A program made the translations under genes and the position numbers. Shown in pieces: positions 46,697-60,085 of a stretch of 64,000 nt of DNA. Each line of letters opens with the position of its first letter. Position 1 is the stretch's first letter. Under the pieces are notes generated by a model. The model was not told where the DNA came from and made no database searches. It worked only from the letters and a program-made list of their open reading frames with translations. This DNA is from Labilithrix sp. (lineage in GTDB: Bacteria > Myxococcota_A > Polyangia > Polyangiales > Polyangiaceae): the NCBI GenBank assembly GCA_044227045.1, contig JBGAFW010000002.1, forward strand, positions 131,457 through 195,456. The letters are read 5' to 3'.

Positions 46697-48202
46697 GTGA
46701 CCGCGGCAGAGAGCAGCGTGGCGAGCGTCGGGCGTCGCCATCGTCGTCGCGACGGCATCGTCGTGTTCGGCGTCGCGCTCGCGATGCGGCTCCTCGTCGT
46801 GGCGTGGGCCGGCTCGTCGTTCCCGCCCTCTGCCGATGGGACCTATTACAACAAGCTCGCGATGCGCATCGCCGAGGGCCACGGCTACACGTGGCTCTGG
46901 GACGACGGCGCCGTGACGTATGCGGCGCATTACCCCGTCGGCTACCCCGCGATGATCGCCTTCGGGTATGTCCTCTTCGGCGCAAAGCCGATCGTCGCGA
47001 TGATCTTCAACGCCCTGATCGGCGCGCTCGCGTCCGTGTCGCTGTGGTCCGTCGTCGCTCGGCAGGGCAGCCTTGCGCCGCCCGAAGGCCGCGCGCGCTG
47101 GTCGGTCTCACGGGAGACGCTCGCGCTCCTCGCAGGCCTCGCGCTCGCGATCCATCCGGTCTTCGTCCCGTACACCGCGGCGATCATGACCGAAGGCGTC
47201 ACGGCGTCTCTCCTCGTCATCGCGACGGCGCTCGCGGCGCGCGCACGCGACGAGGCGTCCACCTCGAGGCGTCGCGGGCTCATCGTCGCGACCGGCCTCG
47301 TCATGGGCGCAGCCACGCTTGTGCGGCCGCAGTCGCTCGCGCTCGCGCCGATCCTCGGCTGGCTCGCGCTGTCGTCTTCTTCGACGATGAAGCACCGCGC
47401 GCTCGCGGCGGTCCTCGTGCTGATGACCACGCTGGCCGTCTGCGCGCCGTGGACGGCCCGCAACTGCGTACGGATGGAGAAGTGCGCGCTCGTCAGCGTC
47501 AACGGCGGATGGAACCTCGCGATCGGCACGCAGACCGACAACGGTGGGTGGCACGAGATCGCCGTGCCGGCGGCATGTCGCGAAGTCTTCCAAGAAGCCG
47601 CGAAGGACGAGTGCTTTGGTCGCGAGGCGATGAAGGTGATCGCGGCCCATCCGATCGCGTGGCTCGCGCGCGCTCCAGCGAAGCTGCGCGTGACCTTCGA
47701 CTATTTCGGCGCCGCGCCGTGGTACTTGCATGATGCAAACAAAGAGCGTTTCCCGTACCGCGCGAAGGTCGCGCTCGGCGCGATCGAGACGCTCGCGTCG
47801 AGGCTGCTCCTCGCCGCGGCGCTCGTGACGGTCTTTCGAATGCGGCTCGCGTCGTCGACGGCGCTCGATCGCGCGCGCAAGATCGCGTGCGTGGTGGGGC
47901 TCGTCGCGTGCGTGGCGGTGCCTGGCGTCATCGGCTACCTCGCGCTCGCGGTCGGCATCCTCTTGCTCGGCCGGCGCGCGCTCGCCGAGGTGCCCCTCGT
48001 GGTGCCCTTCACGTCGGCGATCATCCTGGTGACGGCCGCGACGCATGCCGCCTTCTTCGGCGCCGGCAGGTACGGCATGGTCGTGGTCCCGTTCGTCACC
48101 GCGGTCGCGTTCGTCCGGTTCTCGACGCGAGAAGGGCTTGCGAAAACGACCGAGCGAGCCCATCCTTCCGCTGTCGGCGCCGTACAGGCGATCGTCGGTT
48201 GA
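46697..48202 (+). CDS. Polytopic membrane glycosyltransferase (ArnT/PMT, GT39/GT83-like)
   Basis: In-frame GTG start right after the maf stop. More than 10 TM helices. N-terminal loop GSSFPPSADGTYYNKLAMRIAEGHGYTW is typical of ArnT/PMT-family dolichyl- or undecaprenyl-phosphate sugar transferases. The upstream part of ORF 46421.. overlapping maf was rejected. Confidence 0.6.
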   Translation: MTAAESSVASVGRRHRRRDGIVVFGVALAMRLLVVAWAGSSFPPSADGTYYNKLAMRIAEGHGYTWLWDDGAVTYAAHYPVGYPAMIAFGYVLFGAKPIVAMIFNALIGALASVSLWSVVARQGSLAPPEGRARWSVSRETLALLAGLALAIHPVFVPYTAAIMTEGVTASLLVIATALAARARDEASTSRRRGLIVATGLVMGAATLVRPQSLALAPILGWLALSSSSTMKHRALAAVLVLMTTLAVCAPWTARNCVRMEKCALVSVNGGWNLAIGTQTDNGGWHEIAVPAACREVFQEAAKDECFGREAMKVIAAHPIAWLARAPAKLRVTFDYFGAAPWYLHDANKERFPYRAKVALGAIETLASRLLLAAALVTVFRMRLASSTALDRARKIACVVGLVACVAVPGVIGYLALAVGILLLGRRALAEVPLVVPFTSAIILVTAATHAAFFGAGRYGMVVVPFVTAVAFVRFSTREGLAKTTERAHPSAVGAVQAIVG

Positions 48203-48626
48203 CGCGATCTTCCGCAAGGGGGACCACGTGAACGGGAGGAAAGTCCGAGCTCCAAAGAGCGCGATGCCGGGTAACGCCCGGTGGCGGGAACGCCAAGGAA
48301 AGTGCAACAGAGAATAGACCGCCCAGCCAGGCTTCACGGCTTCGCTGGGTAAGGGTGAAACGGCGGGGTAAAAGCCCACCGCATCTCCAGCAATGGAGAT
48401 GGCGAGGCAGACCCCATCGGGAGCAAGGCCACATAGGCGGGTGCGCTCTGGAGGATCGAGGTCCGCGAGGATCGAGGTCCGTCGAAGGAGCAAAGGACGG
48501 CTCGTCCGAGCCCGCGGGTAGGCTGCTCGAGACGGCTGGCAACAGACGTCCTAGAGGAATGATACGCCGCCGCTCCCCAGGCGACTGGATGCGGAACAGA
48601 ACTCGGCTTACGGACGACGTCGACCA
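48195..48626 (+). ncRNA. rnpB: RNase P RNA, bacterial type A
   Basis: Conserved blocks GGAGGAAAGTCCGAGCTCC (P4 5' strand), GGGTAACGCC, GTGCAACAGAGAATAGACCGCC, GGTAAGGGTGAAACGGCGGGGTAAAAGCCCACCGC, GGAGCAAGGCCACATAGG, GGGTAGGCTGCTCGAG, GATGATACGCC...ACAGAACTCGGCTTA (P4 3' strand). Ends are uncertain by ±15 nt; the 5' end likely overlaps the last codons of the upstream CDS. Confidence 0.85.
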
Positions 48627-48646
48627 CGGAGCCCTCGCGTGTCACA

Positions 48647-48670
48647 GCGCGGGGGCTTCGCGCTTTCTTG
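48647..48670 (+). terminator. Possible terminator hairpin after rnpB
   Basis: gcgcg-ggggctt-cgcgc followed by tttcttgggg. Short 5-bp stem, so weak. Confidence 0.3.
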
Positions 48671-48718
48671 GGGACACACGCGAGGGCTTCGCGCTTTCTG
48701 ACACACGTCCGCGACGAG

Positions 48719-49285
48719 CTACCTCACCTGCGTGTAGACCTGGTCGTGTCCAGAATGCATCGCGTCACTTCCGGCTCCTGCGTGGCAGCCGACGCAGATC
48801 GATTTTGCCGTACCGGTGTCGCCCATCCCGTTCGCCGCCTCGGTCCCGTTCATGTCTTCCCACCAGTAGAACGACGCACCGCCGCCCGGCGCGACCTTGC
48901 GGTAAATGGCGTGGCCGATGATCTTTCCGTCGTCGCCAAACAGCTCCTTGACCGCCGCCGATCCCACCGGGAACTCTCCCTCACCGTGGGCGCTCAGCGT
49001 CGCGTTCGAGCAGATGCGGTTCATCCCGTGTGGGGATGGTGAACGCGCGGCGTGAGGCGCCGGCTCACACTTCCACGTGCCGGTCTTGTAGTCACCCTTC
49101 GCGAGCCACGCCCGAACCTCGGCGGTCGCTCCGGTCGCGGGCAGGTCGGCCGTTCCGTTGCCGTCAGGGTTCTTGGCCGGATCGGTCGAGCCTGACGTAG
49201 CGCTGGGGGTCGCGGGCGCGTCGTCGCTGCTCGAGCAGGCGGCCCCGCCTGCAAAGAGCCAACAGGAGAGGGCAATGAAGGTCAT
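48719..49285 (-). CDS. Monoheme c-type cytochrome lipoprotein (start MTFIALSC; ORF to 49315)
   Basis: Signal peptide with lipobox FAGGAACSSS. A single CVGCH heme-binding motif near the C-terminus. Confidence 0.6.
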   Translation of the reverse strand: MTFIALSCWLFAGGAACSSSDDAPATPSATSGSTDPAKNPDGNGTADLPATGATAEVRAWLAKGDYKTGTWKCEPAPHAARSPSPHGMNRICSNATLSAHGEGEFPVGSAAVKELFGDDGKIIGHAIYRKVAPGGGASFYWWEDMNGTEAANGMGDTGTAKSICVGCHAGAGSDAMHSGHDQVYTQVR

Positions 49286-49484
49286 CGGTACGTTCGTGCT
49301 CGTCGTGTTCGCCATCGGGTATGTCTCCTTGAGGTGTGGGCGACATACGGCTCCGAAGCGGGTGCGTTTCGATCGAAGGTGTTCGACAGATTAGACCCCC
49401 CCCATCGAACGAATCGCTGTGGCCGGACCCGAGACGTCGGCGGATCGCGGCACACGAGATCGTCGTGCCCGGAACGCTCTTTCC

Positions 49485-50432
49485 TCACCTATCGTCGGCG
49501 AGCTTGCGGAGCGCGATCAGGAACAGGTCCTCGATCGACGTTTCGGTGCTCGGCTCCCCCTCGCCGACACGGACGGGGCGCCGCGTGATCGCGATGACCG
49601 AGTCTTCGAAGAGCGCGGACGGAGCGTGAGGGCGAAAGGGTGGCGTCGCCAGCGACCGGGGCAGCAGCGCGAGAAACGAAGCCTCGCGCGCGAGCGTTTC
49701 GACGGCGTCGATGGATGCACAGACGGCGGCGACGCGGAGGTGACCGAGCTCGACGGTGATCGCGTCGCGGCTGTGCTCTTCGAGGATCACGATCGATCGT
49801 CGGGCGTCGACGGAAACGCCGGGCTCGTTGGCAACGTGCGAGGGATCATGGATCGCAAAGGCGAGGCCCCCTATTTTCGTGGAGATCAGGTCTCGTGAGA
49901 CGGGAGACGCGTCGAGCGAGCGGCCAAGGGCGAGCGCGACGTCGATGTTTCCGCGAAGAAGCTCGCCCTCGAGGGTGTCGCAGTCCACCGCCATCAGTCG
50001 GACGTCTTTCTCGATCGGCATCTTCGCGGCGGCACGAGCCGCAAAACGCATGAGCACGGATCCTTCCGCCGCGATCCGAAGCCGTTCGCTCGACCCATGG
50101 GCGTGGGCTTTCTCGAGGACATCGTCCATTCGGCGCATCGCATCGCGCGTCCCCTTGAGTAGCTCGACGCCCTCGGCGGTCACGGTCAAGCCCGTCGCGC
50201 TTCGCAAGAACAGGGGCGCGCCGACGTTCTCTTCGAGGAGGCGGATGGTGCGCGAGAGCGCCGACGGGCTCACGTGGAGCACGAGCGCGGCGCGCTGGAT
50301 GCTTCCATACTCGGCCACCACGCGGAACGCCGGCAGCCAGTTCCAAAGCTCGGCGACGCGCTGGGCTCGGTCCATCGCGGCATTCATAGCAGCGCTCGAG
50401 GGGCGCTTGCTCTCCCGCGACTTTTGAGCCAA
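49485..50432 (-). CDS. LysR-family transcriptional regulator (MetR-like by position; start maybe MNAAM ~50387)
   Basis: N-terminal HTH ([41 protein letters not shown]) followed by a LysR substrate-binding domain. Divergent from metH. Confidence 0.8.
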   Translation of the reverse strand: MAQKSRESKRPSSAAMNAAMDRAQRVAELWNWLPAFRVVAEYGSIQRAALVLHVSPSALSRTIRLLEENVGAPLFLRSATGLTVTAEGVELLKGTRDAMRRMDDVLEKAHAHGSSERLRIAAEGSVLMRFAARAAAKMPIEKDVRLMAVDCDTLEGELLRGNIDVALALGRSLDASPVSRDLISTKIGGLAFAIHDPSHVANEPGVSVDARRSIVILEEHSRDAITVELGHLRVAAVCASIDAVETLAREASFLALLPRSLATPPFRPHAPSALFEDSVIAITRRPVRVGEGEPSTETSIEDLFLIALRKLADDR

Positions 50433-50587
50433 GCTTGCCTGGCTCGAAAGGGCCGCGCGGCGTTTCGCCCACCTTGAGTGACGCGCGTAAGAAGTGTCAC
50501 CCTAAGCGGTTGGGACGGATCTTCGAGCTTTCCGCCGAGATCCCACTCAAAAGCCGAAGCGTGGTGGGCGAGAGAAAGCTCCTCCCC

Positions 50588-54325
<3,738 letters not shown>

Positions 54326-54347
54326 TCACGAGCTCGAGGCCGCGCGC

Positions 54348-55256
54348 TCAGCTCCGGAGAAGCTTCGCGGCGTGGCCAAACGCGATCGCCTTGGCGAGAT
54401 GCGCGTCGGTCATGCCGGGGATCGCGCGGGCGCGCCGGTACTCTTCACGCGCGTCCACGGCCGAGAGCAGCGTGTTGTCGGTGTTGACGCAGGCCCGAAC
54501 GCCGAGATCCAACCAACGCGGCAGCGGATGCGCCTCGACGGAGGGGATGACGCCGGTGTGCACGTTGGACGTCGGGCACGCCTCGATCGTGACGCCGCGC
54601 GCGAGCACGAGCTCGACCACGGATGGGTCATCGAGCAGCGTCGTGCCATGGCCGATGCGCTGCGCGTGAAGCTGCTCGATCGCCACGCGGATCTCGCTCG
54701 GCGGCCGGCCTTCTCCCGCGTGCACAGTGCGGCCGATCCCGAGGTCGGCGGCGCGCGCGAACGCCGGCGCGTAGTCGGCGAGGCGAACCTCGTGCGAAGC
54801 GGACGGCCCGCCCGCGAGATCGATCCCGACGACGCCGGTGCGCGATCGCGCGATCGTCACGAGCGAGTCGACGAGCGCGATCGGATCGCCGTAGAGACCG
54901 CACAAGATCAGTCCGGCGCGGCCGCCGATGCCTTCGAGCGCGGCGTCGACGATCGCCTCCATCGAGGCGCCGTGGTGGAGCTGCGGAGCGAAGCGGATCT
55001 CGAGCGTCGAGACGTCCTCCGCCGCCGCGTCTTCGCAGATCTCCGAGGCGATCCGGCGCACCTCGTGAGGTCCTTGAAGGAGCGAGAGCGTGAACGCGAA
55101 GCGTGAGAGCGCCTCGGCGAGGCCCATCCCCGGATGAAACGCGAGATCCGCCGGGACAGCCTTGCCCATGCGCGCGGCGAGCTCGTCGAGCGTCACGCGT
55201 CGCAGCGATCCATCGAGGTGACGATGCAGATCGGAGAGCGGCGGTAGCGAGGTCAT
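54348..55256 (-). CDS. add: Adenosine/adenine deaminase family protein
   Basis: LHRHLDGSL near the N-terminus. HAGE motif (TVHAGEGRP). C-terminal Asp for metal binding (NTDN). Confidence 0.75.
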   Translation of the reverse strand: MTSLPPLSDLHRHLDGSLRRVTLDELAARMGKAVPADLAFHPGMGLAEALSRFAFTLSLLQGPHEVRRIASEICEDAAAEDVSTLEIRFAPQLHHGASMEAIVDAALEGIGGRAGLILCGLYGDPIALVDSLVTIARSRTGVVGIDLAGGPSASHEVRLADYAPAFARAADLGIGRTVHAGEGRPPSEIRVAIEQLHAQRIGHGTTLLDDPSVVELVLARGVTIEACPTSNVHTGVIPSVEAHPLPRWLDLGVRACVNTDNTLLSAVDAREEYRRARAIPGMTDAHLAKAIAFGHAAKLLRS

Positions 55257-56170
55257 CCGTGCGCGTTCCTCTCGAGGGTGCGCGTCACCTCGTCTTCGAA
55301 GCGCGGGCTCGTCTTGCCTGGATAGAGTCGATGAAAGAGCGTCGTGTCGAGCGAAAGATCGCGCGGTCGCGGCTCACCGGGGACCGTCGTGCGCGACGCT
55401 CGTTCGATGTGAGCCTCGATCTCCGTCTCCGAGAGGCCGAGGACACGCGCGACGCGCGAGCCCATCTCGTAGCGGCTCATGCGCTCCGGTCCGCCGAGGT
55501 GGAGGACCCGCCCGGCAGGCGCAGGCACGGGCGACGCGGCGAGCGTCACGAGCCACTCCGCGGCGACGCGAAGCGACAACGGCGTGCGCCACTCGTCGTC
55601 GAAGAGACGCATCGTCTTCTTCTCACGAAGGGACGCGAGCTGATGGTCGAAGAACCCAAGCCGCGCGTTCCGCGTCGGCCCGAAGAGGAGCGGCATCCGC
55701 GCGACGATCGCGTCGGGCGATCGAGCGAGCACCGCGTCCTCTGCCTCGGCCTTCGTCCGTCCGTACACCGACGTGGGTGACCTCGCGGCGCGCTCGTCGT
55801 AAGGCGCTGCCTCCCCGTCGAAGACTTGATCGGTCGACACGTGCACGAGCCGAGCGCCGACCTCGACGCACGCCTTGGCGATGTTCGCCGAGCCCGTCAC
55901 GTTGACGAGCGCCGCCCGCGCGGGATCGCGGGCGCAATCGGCCGCGTTGAAGACCGCGGCATGGATCACAGCGTCAGGGCGAACGTCACCGAACACCTTC
56001 GCGACCGACGCAGGGTCTGTGACGTCGACCGGGTGGAGGTCGGCGCCCGCCGGCCGGTCGCGCGTGGGGCCGCTGCAGGCGGCGAACCGAACCCCACGCG
56101 CACGAAGCTCGGCGCAAAGGAATCCACCCAGCAGCCCCGTCGCTCCGGTGACCAGAATCACGGCGTGCAT
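55253..56170 (-). CDS. NAD(P)-dependent sugar-nucleotide reductase/epimerase (RmlD-like dTDP-4-dehydrorhamnose reductase family)
   Basis: Rossmann VTGATGLLGG and catalytic YGRTK. 4-nt overlap with add. Confidence 0.7.
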   Translation of the reverse strand: MHAVILVTGATGLLGGFLCAELRARGVRFAACSGPTRDRPAGADLHPVDVTDPASVAKVFGDVRPDAVIHAAVFNAADCARDPARAALVNVTGSANIAKACVEVGARLVHVSTDQVFDGEAAPYDERAARSPTSVYGRTKAEAEDAVLARSPDAIVARMPLLFGPTRNARLGFFDHQLASLREKKTMRLFDDEWRTPLSLRVAAEWLVTLAASPVPAPAGRVLHLGGPERMSRYEMGSRVARVLGLSETEIEAHIERASRTTVPGEPRPRDLSLDTTLFHRLYPGKTSPRFEDEVTRTLERNAHG

Positions 56171-56233
56171 TCTAGAGAATTGCCGCGCCAGCAGCTATCC
56201 ATGTTCCATGCGCTCTGGCGCTCGGAGAGACCA

Positions 56234-57133
56234 ATGATCGGGAAGCCGACTGTCGTGGGGTGCTGCTTCGTGTTGGGTGCTGCGGTCGCCGCGTTTGCGT
56301 GCAGCGGGGGCTCGGACGTCGCCGACACGAGCAGCAGCGGCTCGAGCGGAAGCAGCGGCTCGAGCGGCTCGAGCGGGAGCAGCGGCTCGAGCGGGAGCAG
56401 CGGGGATGGTGGAGCGCAGGGGAAGACGCGCTTCATCGAGGAGAGCGTCACGAGAGAAGACGCCGCGGAGTGGGACGGGAGCCCGATCGAGATCGTCGCG
56501 ACAGGCGTCTCGGTCGCCGTGAACGGTGGGCTTGTCGTCAACGCCGACGCGAACGCCACGAAGGTCAAGGCGACCGCACGCATGCTCGCGACCGCGTCGA
56601 GCGCCGACAAGGCCGCGGCCGACCAGACGCTGACGGACGCCAAGGCCACGTTCACGATCGCGAACGTCGGCGGCACCATCAAGATCACGTGCGGCCACGG
56701 CAACGCGCACGGGACGTCGAGCGCCGCGGAGTCTGGCTGCGAGAAGCTCACCGTGACGGTTCCACAGGGCAGCGCCGCGAAGCCGCTCGACATCAAGATG
56801 ACGTCCGGCAACGGCAACCTCGAGATCGGGTTTGCCGCCGCCTCGATCAAGTCGCTCAGCGCCAGCCAGGCGGGCGGCGATATCACCGCCTCGCTCGCCG
56901 CGACCAAGGGCGGAAAAATCACGCTCGTCGCGGAGTCGGGTGGGGACGTCACCGCGAAGATGCCGGCGGCTTGGTCTGCAGACCTCGTCGTGCTCGAGGC
57001 CGACGCCGCGCAAATTCAAAGCGGCGGCGTCGCGAACAACCAGCCCCATGGCACGATCGGTGAAGGGCTCGCGTCGCTCGAGATCACGAGCGCGGAGTTC
57101 GCCGGCACGACCGGCGCGATCACGCTCGAGTAA
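56234..57133 (+). CDS. Lipoprotein with (GSS)n linker and beta-rich repeat domain (DUF4097/adhesin-like?)
   Basis: MIGKPTVVGCCFVLGAAVAAFACSGG lipobox, then SSSGSSGSSGSSGSSGSSGSSG. Upstream part of ORF 55826.. rejected. Confidence 0.55.
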   Translation: MIGKPTVVGCCFVLGAAVAAFACSGGSDVADTSSSGSSGSSGSSGSSGSSGSSGSSGDGGAQGKTRFIEESVTREDAAEWDGSPIEIVATGVSVAVNGGLVVNADANATKVKATARMLATASSADKAAADQTLTDAKATFTIANVGGTIKITCGHGNAHGTSSAAESGCEKLTVTVPQGSAAKPLDIKMTSGNGNLEIGFAAASIKSLSASQAGGDITASLAATKGGKITLVAESGGDVTAKMPAAWSADLVVLEADAAQIQSGGVANNQPHGTIGEGLASLEITSAEFAGTTGAITLE

Positions 57134-57290
57134 GCGAACGGCGTGGCGCTTCGTGCGCCTTTCGTCGCAATTTGCGATTGCGCCAGGGTGGCGCAACGTT
57201 CACGCGACCGCGAATTTTCTCACTGTTTCTCGCGTAGATGGGGCGGCTCGAGCGAGGCACTCTTCTTGTACACGCGCGGGCATCGTGACC

Positions 57291-57968
57291 ATGGCGCCAC
57301 TCAACCTTCGTCGTCTCTTCGCCCCCCACGCCTCTTCTGCTTCGTCGCTCGTGATCGGGTTCGCATTCATCGTGGCCTCGATCGGCGCCGCCGGATGCAA
57401 CGCCGACGTCATTGGAACGGGACACGACGGCGTCCCCATTCAGAACCCTTCGACGTCCTCCGGAGGGCAGGGCTCTCCGAGCACCGATCCGAGCGGGACG
57501 GCGACCGGCTCCCAAGATCCGCCCGCCGTCGGCGCGTCCGGCGCTCCGCTCGACATCGAGGCGCTCTTCGCTCCTCCGACAAGCAACCAGCTGACACCAG
57601 GATCCATCTTCGGCGTCTGGGCGGGCAGTGAAGGGGACGGCGGCAACGAGGGACGACTTCGCGTTCGCGGCGACGACCTCACGCTCGCGAAGCGTTGCAA
57701 GAGCGACGGCAAGATCGCGTTCGTCTACGTGAAGGTTCGCGCCAGCGAGGACAAGATCACGATCCTCGAGAGCAAGACCGCGCGTCTCAGCTACACGCAG
57801 GGCGCTTGCTCGTTCAGCGTCGAGCTCGATGTCGGCGAGTGGGTGAGCTGCCGCACGGGCGCCGACTACGACTGCTACCAGGTCGATGGGACGAAGCTCC
57901 AAGGCCTCCAATCGAAGCTCCTTCAGTCCGGCGTCAGCGTGGGCACCTGGCTGAAGCTCTCGGACTAG
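57291..57968 (+). CDS. Hypothetical lipoprotein
   Basis: MAPLNLRR... signal peptide with lipobox GAAGCNAD. 225 aa. Confidence 0.5.
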   Translation: MAPLNLRRLFAPHASSASSLVIGFAFIVASIGAAGCNADVIGTGHDGVPIQNPSTSSGGQGSPSTDPSGTATGSQDPPAVGASGAPLDIEALFAPPTSNQLTPGSIFGVWAGSEGDGGNEGRLRVRGDDLTLAKRCKSDGKIAFVYVKVRASEDKITILESKTARLSYTQGACSFSVELDVGEWVSCRTGADYDCYQVDGTKLQGLQSKLLQSGVSVGTWLKLSD

Positions 57969-58007
57969 GATCGGGATCGTTCTGGGCGGCCGCGTCGTCG
58001 TGTCATC

Positions 58008-58409
58008 ATGGCGGGTATGGGGATCCCGACCGTCACCGCTCTCTACGGCTCGCTCAACGCCATCCTGAATGTCTACCTCGCCAACCGCGTCTCGACGGTC
58101 CGGCGAAAAGAGAAGGTCGGGTTGGGTGACGGCGAGTCGAAGGAGCTCCTGACTGCGATCCGGATCCACGGAAACAACGCCGAGTTCGTCCCGCTCGCGA
58201 TCGTGATGATGCTCCTCGCCGAGCTCTGCAACGGCTCGAGCATCGTCTTGCACGTCTACGGCGGCCTCCTCTTCGTCGCGAGGCTGGCGCACGCGTTCGG
58301 CATGCCAAAGCGCGCACCCAACCCATTCCGCTTTGGAGGCACCGCGATCACGTGGGTCGGCATCGTCGCGATCTCCGCCTGGGTCCTCTGGCTACGCGGT
58401 CACCCGTAG
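58008..58409 (+). CDS. MAPEG-family membrane protein (microsomal GST-like)
   Basis: 133 aa, 3-4 TM helices. Motif R.HGNNAEFVPLAIVMMLLAEL matches the MAPEG consensus R.H.N..E..... Confidence 0.7.
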   Translation: MAGMGIPTVTALYGSLNAILNVYLANRVSTVRRKEKVGLGDGESKELLTAIRIHGNNAEFVPLAIVMMLLAELCNGSSIVLHVYGGLLFVARLAHAFGMPKRAPNPFRFGGTAITWVGIVAISAWVLWLRGHP

Positions 58410-58429
58410 ACTCCGGTCGCCACGCGGCG

Positions 58430-58565
58430 CTCCGCTCTGCCGAAGTGGCCCGCGCATTCGGCAGAGCCCAGAATCGCGGCTCTGCCGAAGTGGTCGCGCG
58501 TTCGGCAGAGGCCAGAATCGCGCCTCTGCCGAAGTGGTCGCGCATTCGGCAGAGCCGAGCGTCGC
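58430..58565. repeat. Third locus of the CTCTGCCGAAG...CTTCGGCAGAG palindromic repeat family (3 tandem ~45-bp units)
   Basis: gctctgccgaagtggcccgcgcattcggcagagcccagaatcgcg repeated three times with small variations. In a convergent intergenic region. Confidence 0.75.
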
Positions 58566-58570
58566 TGGCG

Positions 58571-59605
58571 TCAGTGGGCGGGCTCTTTGAGGACCTTGAC
58601 CGTGTCGCCGCGGACCTCGAGGACCTCGATGGGGCCGCCGTAGAATTTCGAGAGCCCGATGTCGATGCGCCACGCCTTGTCGTCGCAGGCTGGGCTGATG
58701 TCCGGCTTCTGCACGGTGTGACCCATGATCATGCGCTTCGCGTTGAGGAGCTTCAGCGCTTCGTCGAGCTGCGCGCAGTCTTCGCGGCTCGGCGCGGCCG
58801 AGTACATGCGCGTCCAGAGCGGGCCGTCTTCGGCGGTGAGCGCGCTTGGGGGATCGCGGCGCTCGCCGAGCAGCCACGACTTCGTGTCGCTGTTGATGTC
58901 GTCGAGGCCGGCTTTGACGTGCTTCGGGAGCACGCCGCCGTGGACGAAGATCGAGTCGCCGACGCGCGCGACGACAGGACGCGTCGCGATCATCTTCGCG
59001 ACAGGGCCGCCTGGAAGAAACGCACAGGCACGACCACGCTGCTCGCTCTCGACGTGCGACGCGGCGGCGGCCATGCGGTCGTCTTTCGGATTCACGTCGA
59101 CGAAGCTCGAGAAGGCGCCGCGCGTGACGTAGCGGAAGTCGAGCTGCGCGTTCATGATCTCGTGGTTGCCCACGAGCGCGACGACCTGGCCGCCAGCGAG
59201 CTTGGCGCTCTCTTTGAGCTTCTCGAAGAGGTCGAGGATCTTGCGGTCGTCGTCGCCGCGGTCGACCTCGTCGCCGGTCTGGACGACGACGAGCCTGCCG
59301 CCGACCCAGCCGTCCTTGTCGTCGATCGCGCCGGCGAGCTTCAGCGCGCGGCGCGTCGACTCGAGGTCACCGTGCAGATCGCCGATCGCCACGAGGCGCT
59401 CGGGCACGGGCGTCGACACACCAAGCGAGCCCACCGGTCGCGCGGGCGGCGGGGCCGTTCGCGTCGGCGCGGGCGGAGGTGTCGGCTCGGGCTTGGACTT
59501 CTCACAGGCGAGGAGCGCGACCACCGCGAGCGACGTCACGCTCACGCACACCGATCGCCCGAGCGGACGCGAGCGCTGCGAACGTCGAGCCTTCGTGAGG
59601 TTCAC
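58571..59605 (-). CDS. Calcineurin-like metallophosphoesterase lipoprotein (PPP-family / Ser-Thr phosphatase-like)
   Basis: Lipobox LLACEKS. Motifs GDLHGD, GDEVDRG, GNHE, HGG. Confidence 0.75.
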   Translation of the reverse strand: MNLTKARRSQRSRPLGRSVCVSVTSLAVVALLACEKSKPEPTPPPAPTRTAPPPARPVGSLGVSTPVPERLVAIGDLHGDLESTRRALKLAGAIDDKDGWVGGRLVVVQTGDEVDRGDDDRKILDLFEKLKESAKLAGGQVVALVGNHEIMNAQLDFRYVTRGAFSSFVDVNPKDDRMAAAASHVESEQRGRACAFLPGGPVAKMIATRPVVARVGDSIFVHGGVLPKHVKAGLDDINSDTKSWLLGERRDPPSALTAEDGPLWTRMYSAAPSREDCAQLDEALKLLNAKRMIMGHTVQKPDISPACDDKAWRIDIGLSKFYGGPIEVLEVRGDTVKVLKEPAH

Positions 59606-59636
59606 GCGAAGCTGCCCATGCCCGTCGGCGCGGCCG

Positions 59637-60083
59637 TTAGCCCGCCAAGGCCCGCAAGATCACGAGCCCGATCCCGATCGAGAGCACGACGCCCATGTAG
59701 ATCGCGATCGCCTGCGTGTTCGACTTGCCCGTCTTCGAGTTGAAGCCATGTTGGCAGGAGCCGCAGACCGCGTGGTTCAGGAGCTTCGGGCCGATGAGCC
59801 CACCCCACCACGTGAAGCTCGGGTACGTGAGGTACGGGCTCGCGCAACGAGGGCAGTAGCCGCTCGTGTATTGCCCCGGAACCGGCCCAAACTGCGGTCC
59901 GAACGGTTGCGCATACGGCTGCTGCCCAAACGACGACTGCTGTGCATACGGCTGCTGTCCGTACGGCTGCTGCATGTACGGCTGCTGTTGCTGCTGGGGA
60001 TACGGCTGCTGCGGTTGCTGCGCATAGCCCTGGCCGTAGGGCGGGCCTCCACCGAAACCACCGGGCGGCGGCGGTTGCTGCAT
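59637..60083 (-). CDS. Gln/Pro/Tyr-rich low-complexity protein with zinc-ribbon and C-terminal TM anchor
   Basis: N-terminal (QQPY)n prion-like region, CPRC...CGSC, and C-terminal helix AIAIYMGVVLSIGIGLVILRALAG. Confidence 0.55.
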   Translation of the reverse strand: MQQPPPPGGFGGGPPYGQGYAQQPQQPYPQQQQQPYMQQPYGQQPYAQQSSFGQQPYAQPFGPQFGPVPGQYTSGYCPRCASPYLTYPSFTWWGGLIGPKLLNHAVCGSCQHGFNSKTGKSNTQAIAIYMGVVLSIGIGLVILRALAG

Positions 60084-60085
60084 GA

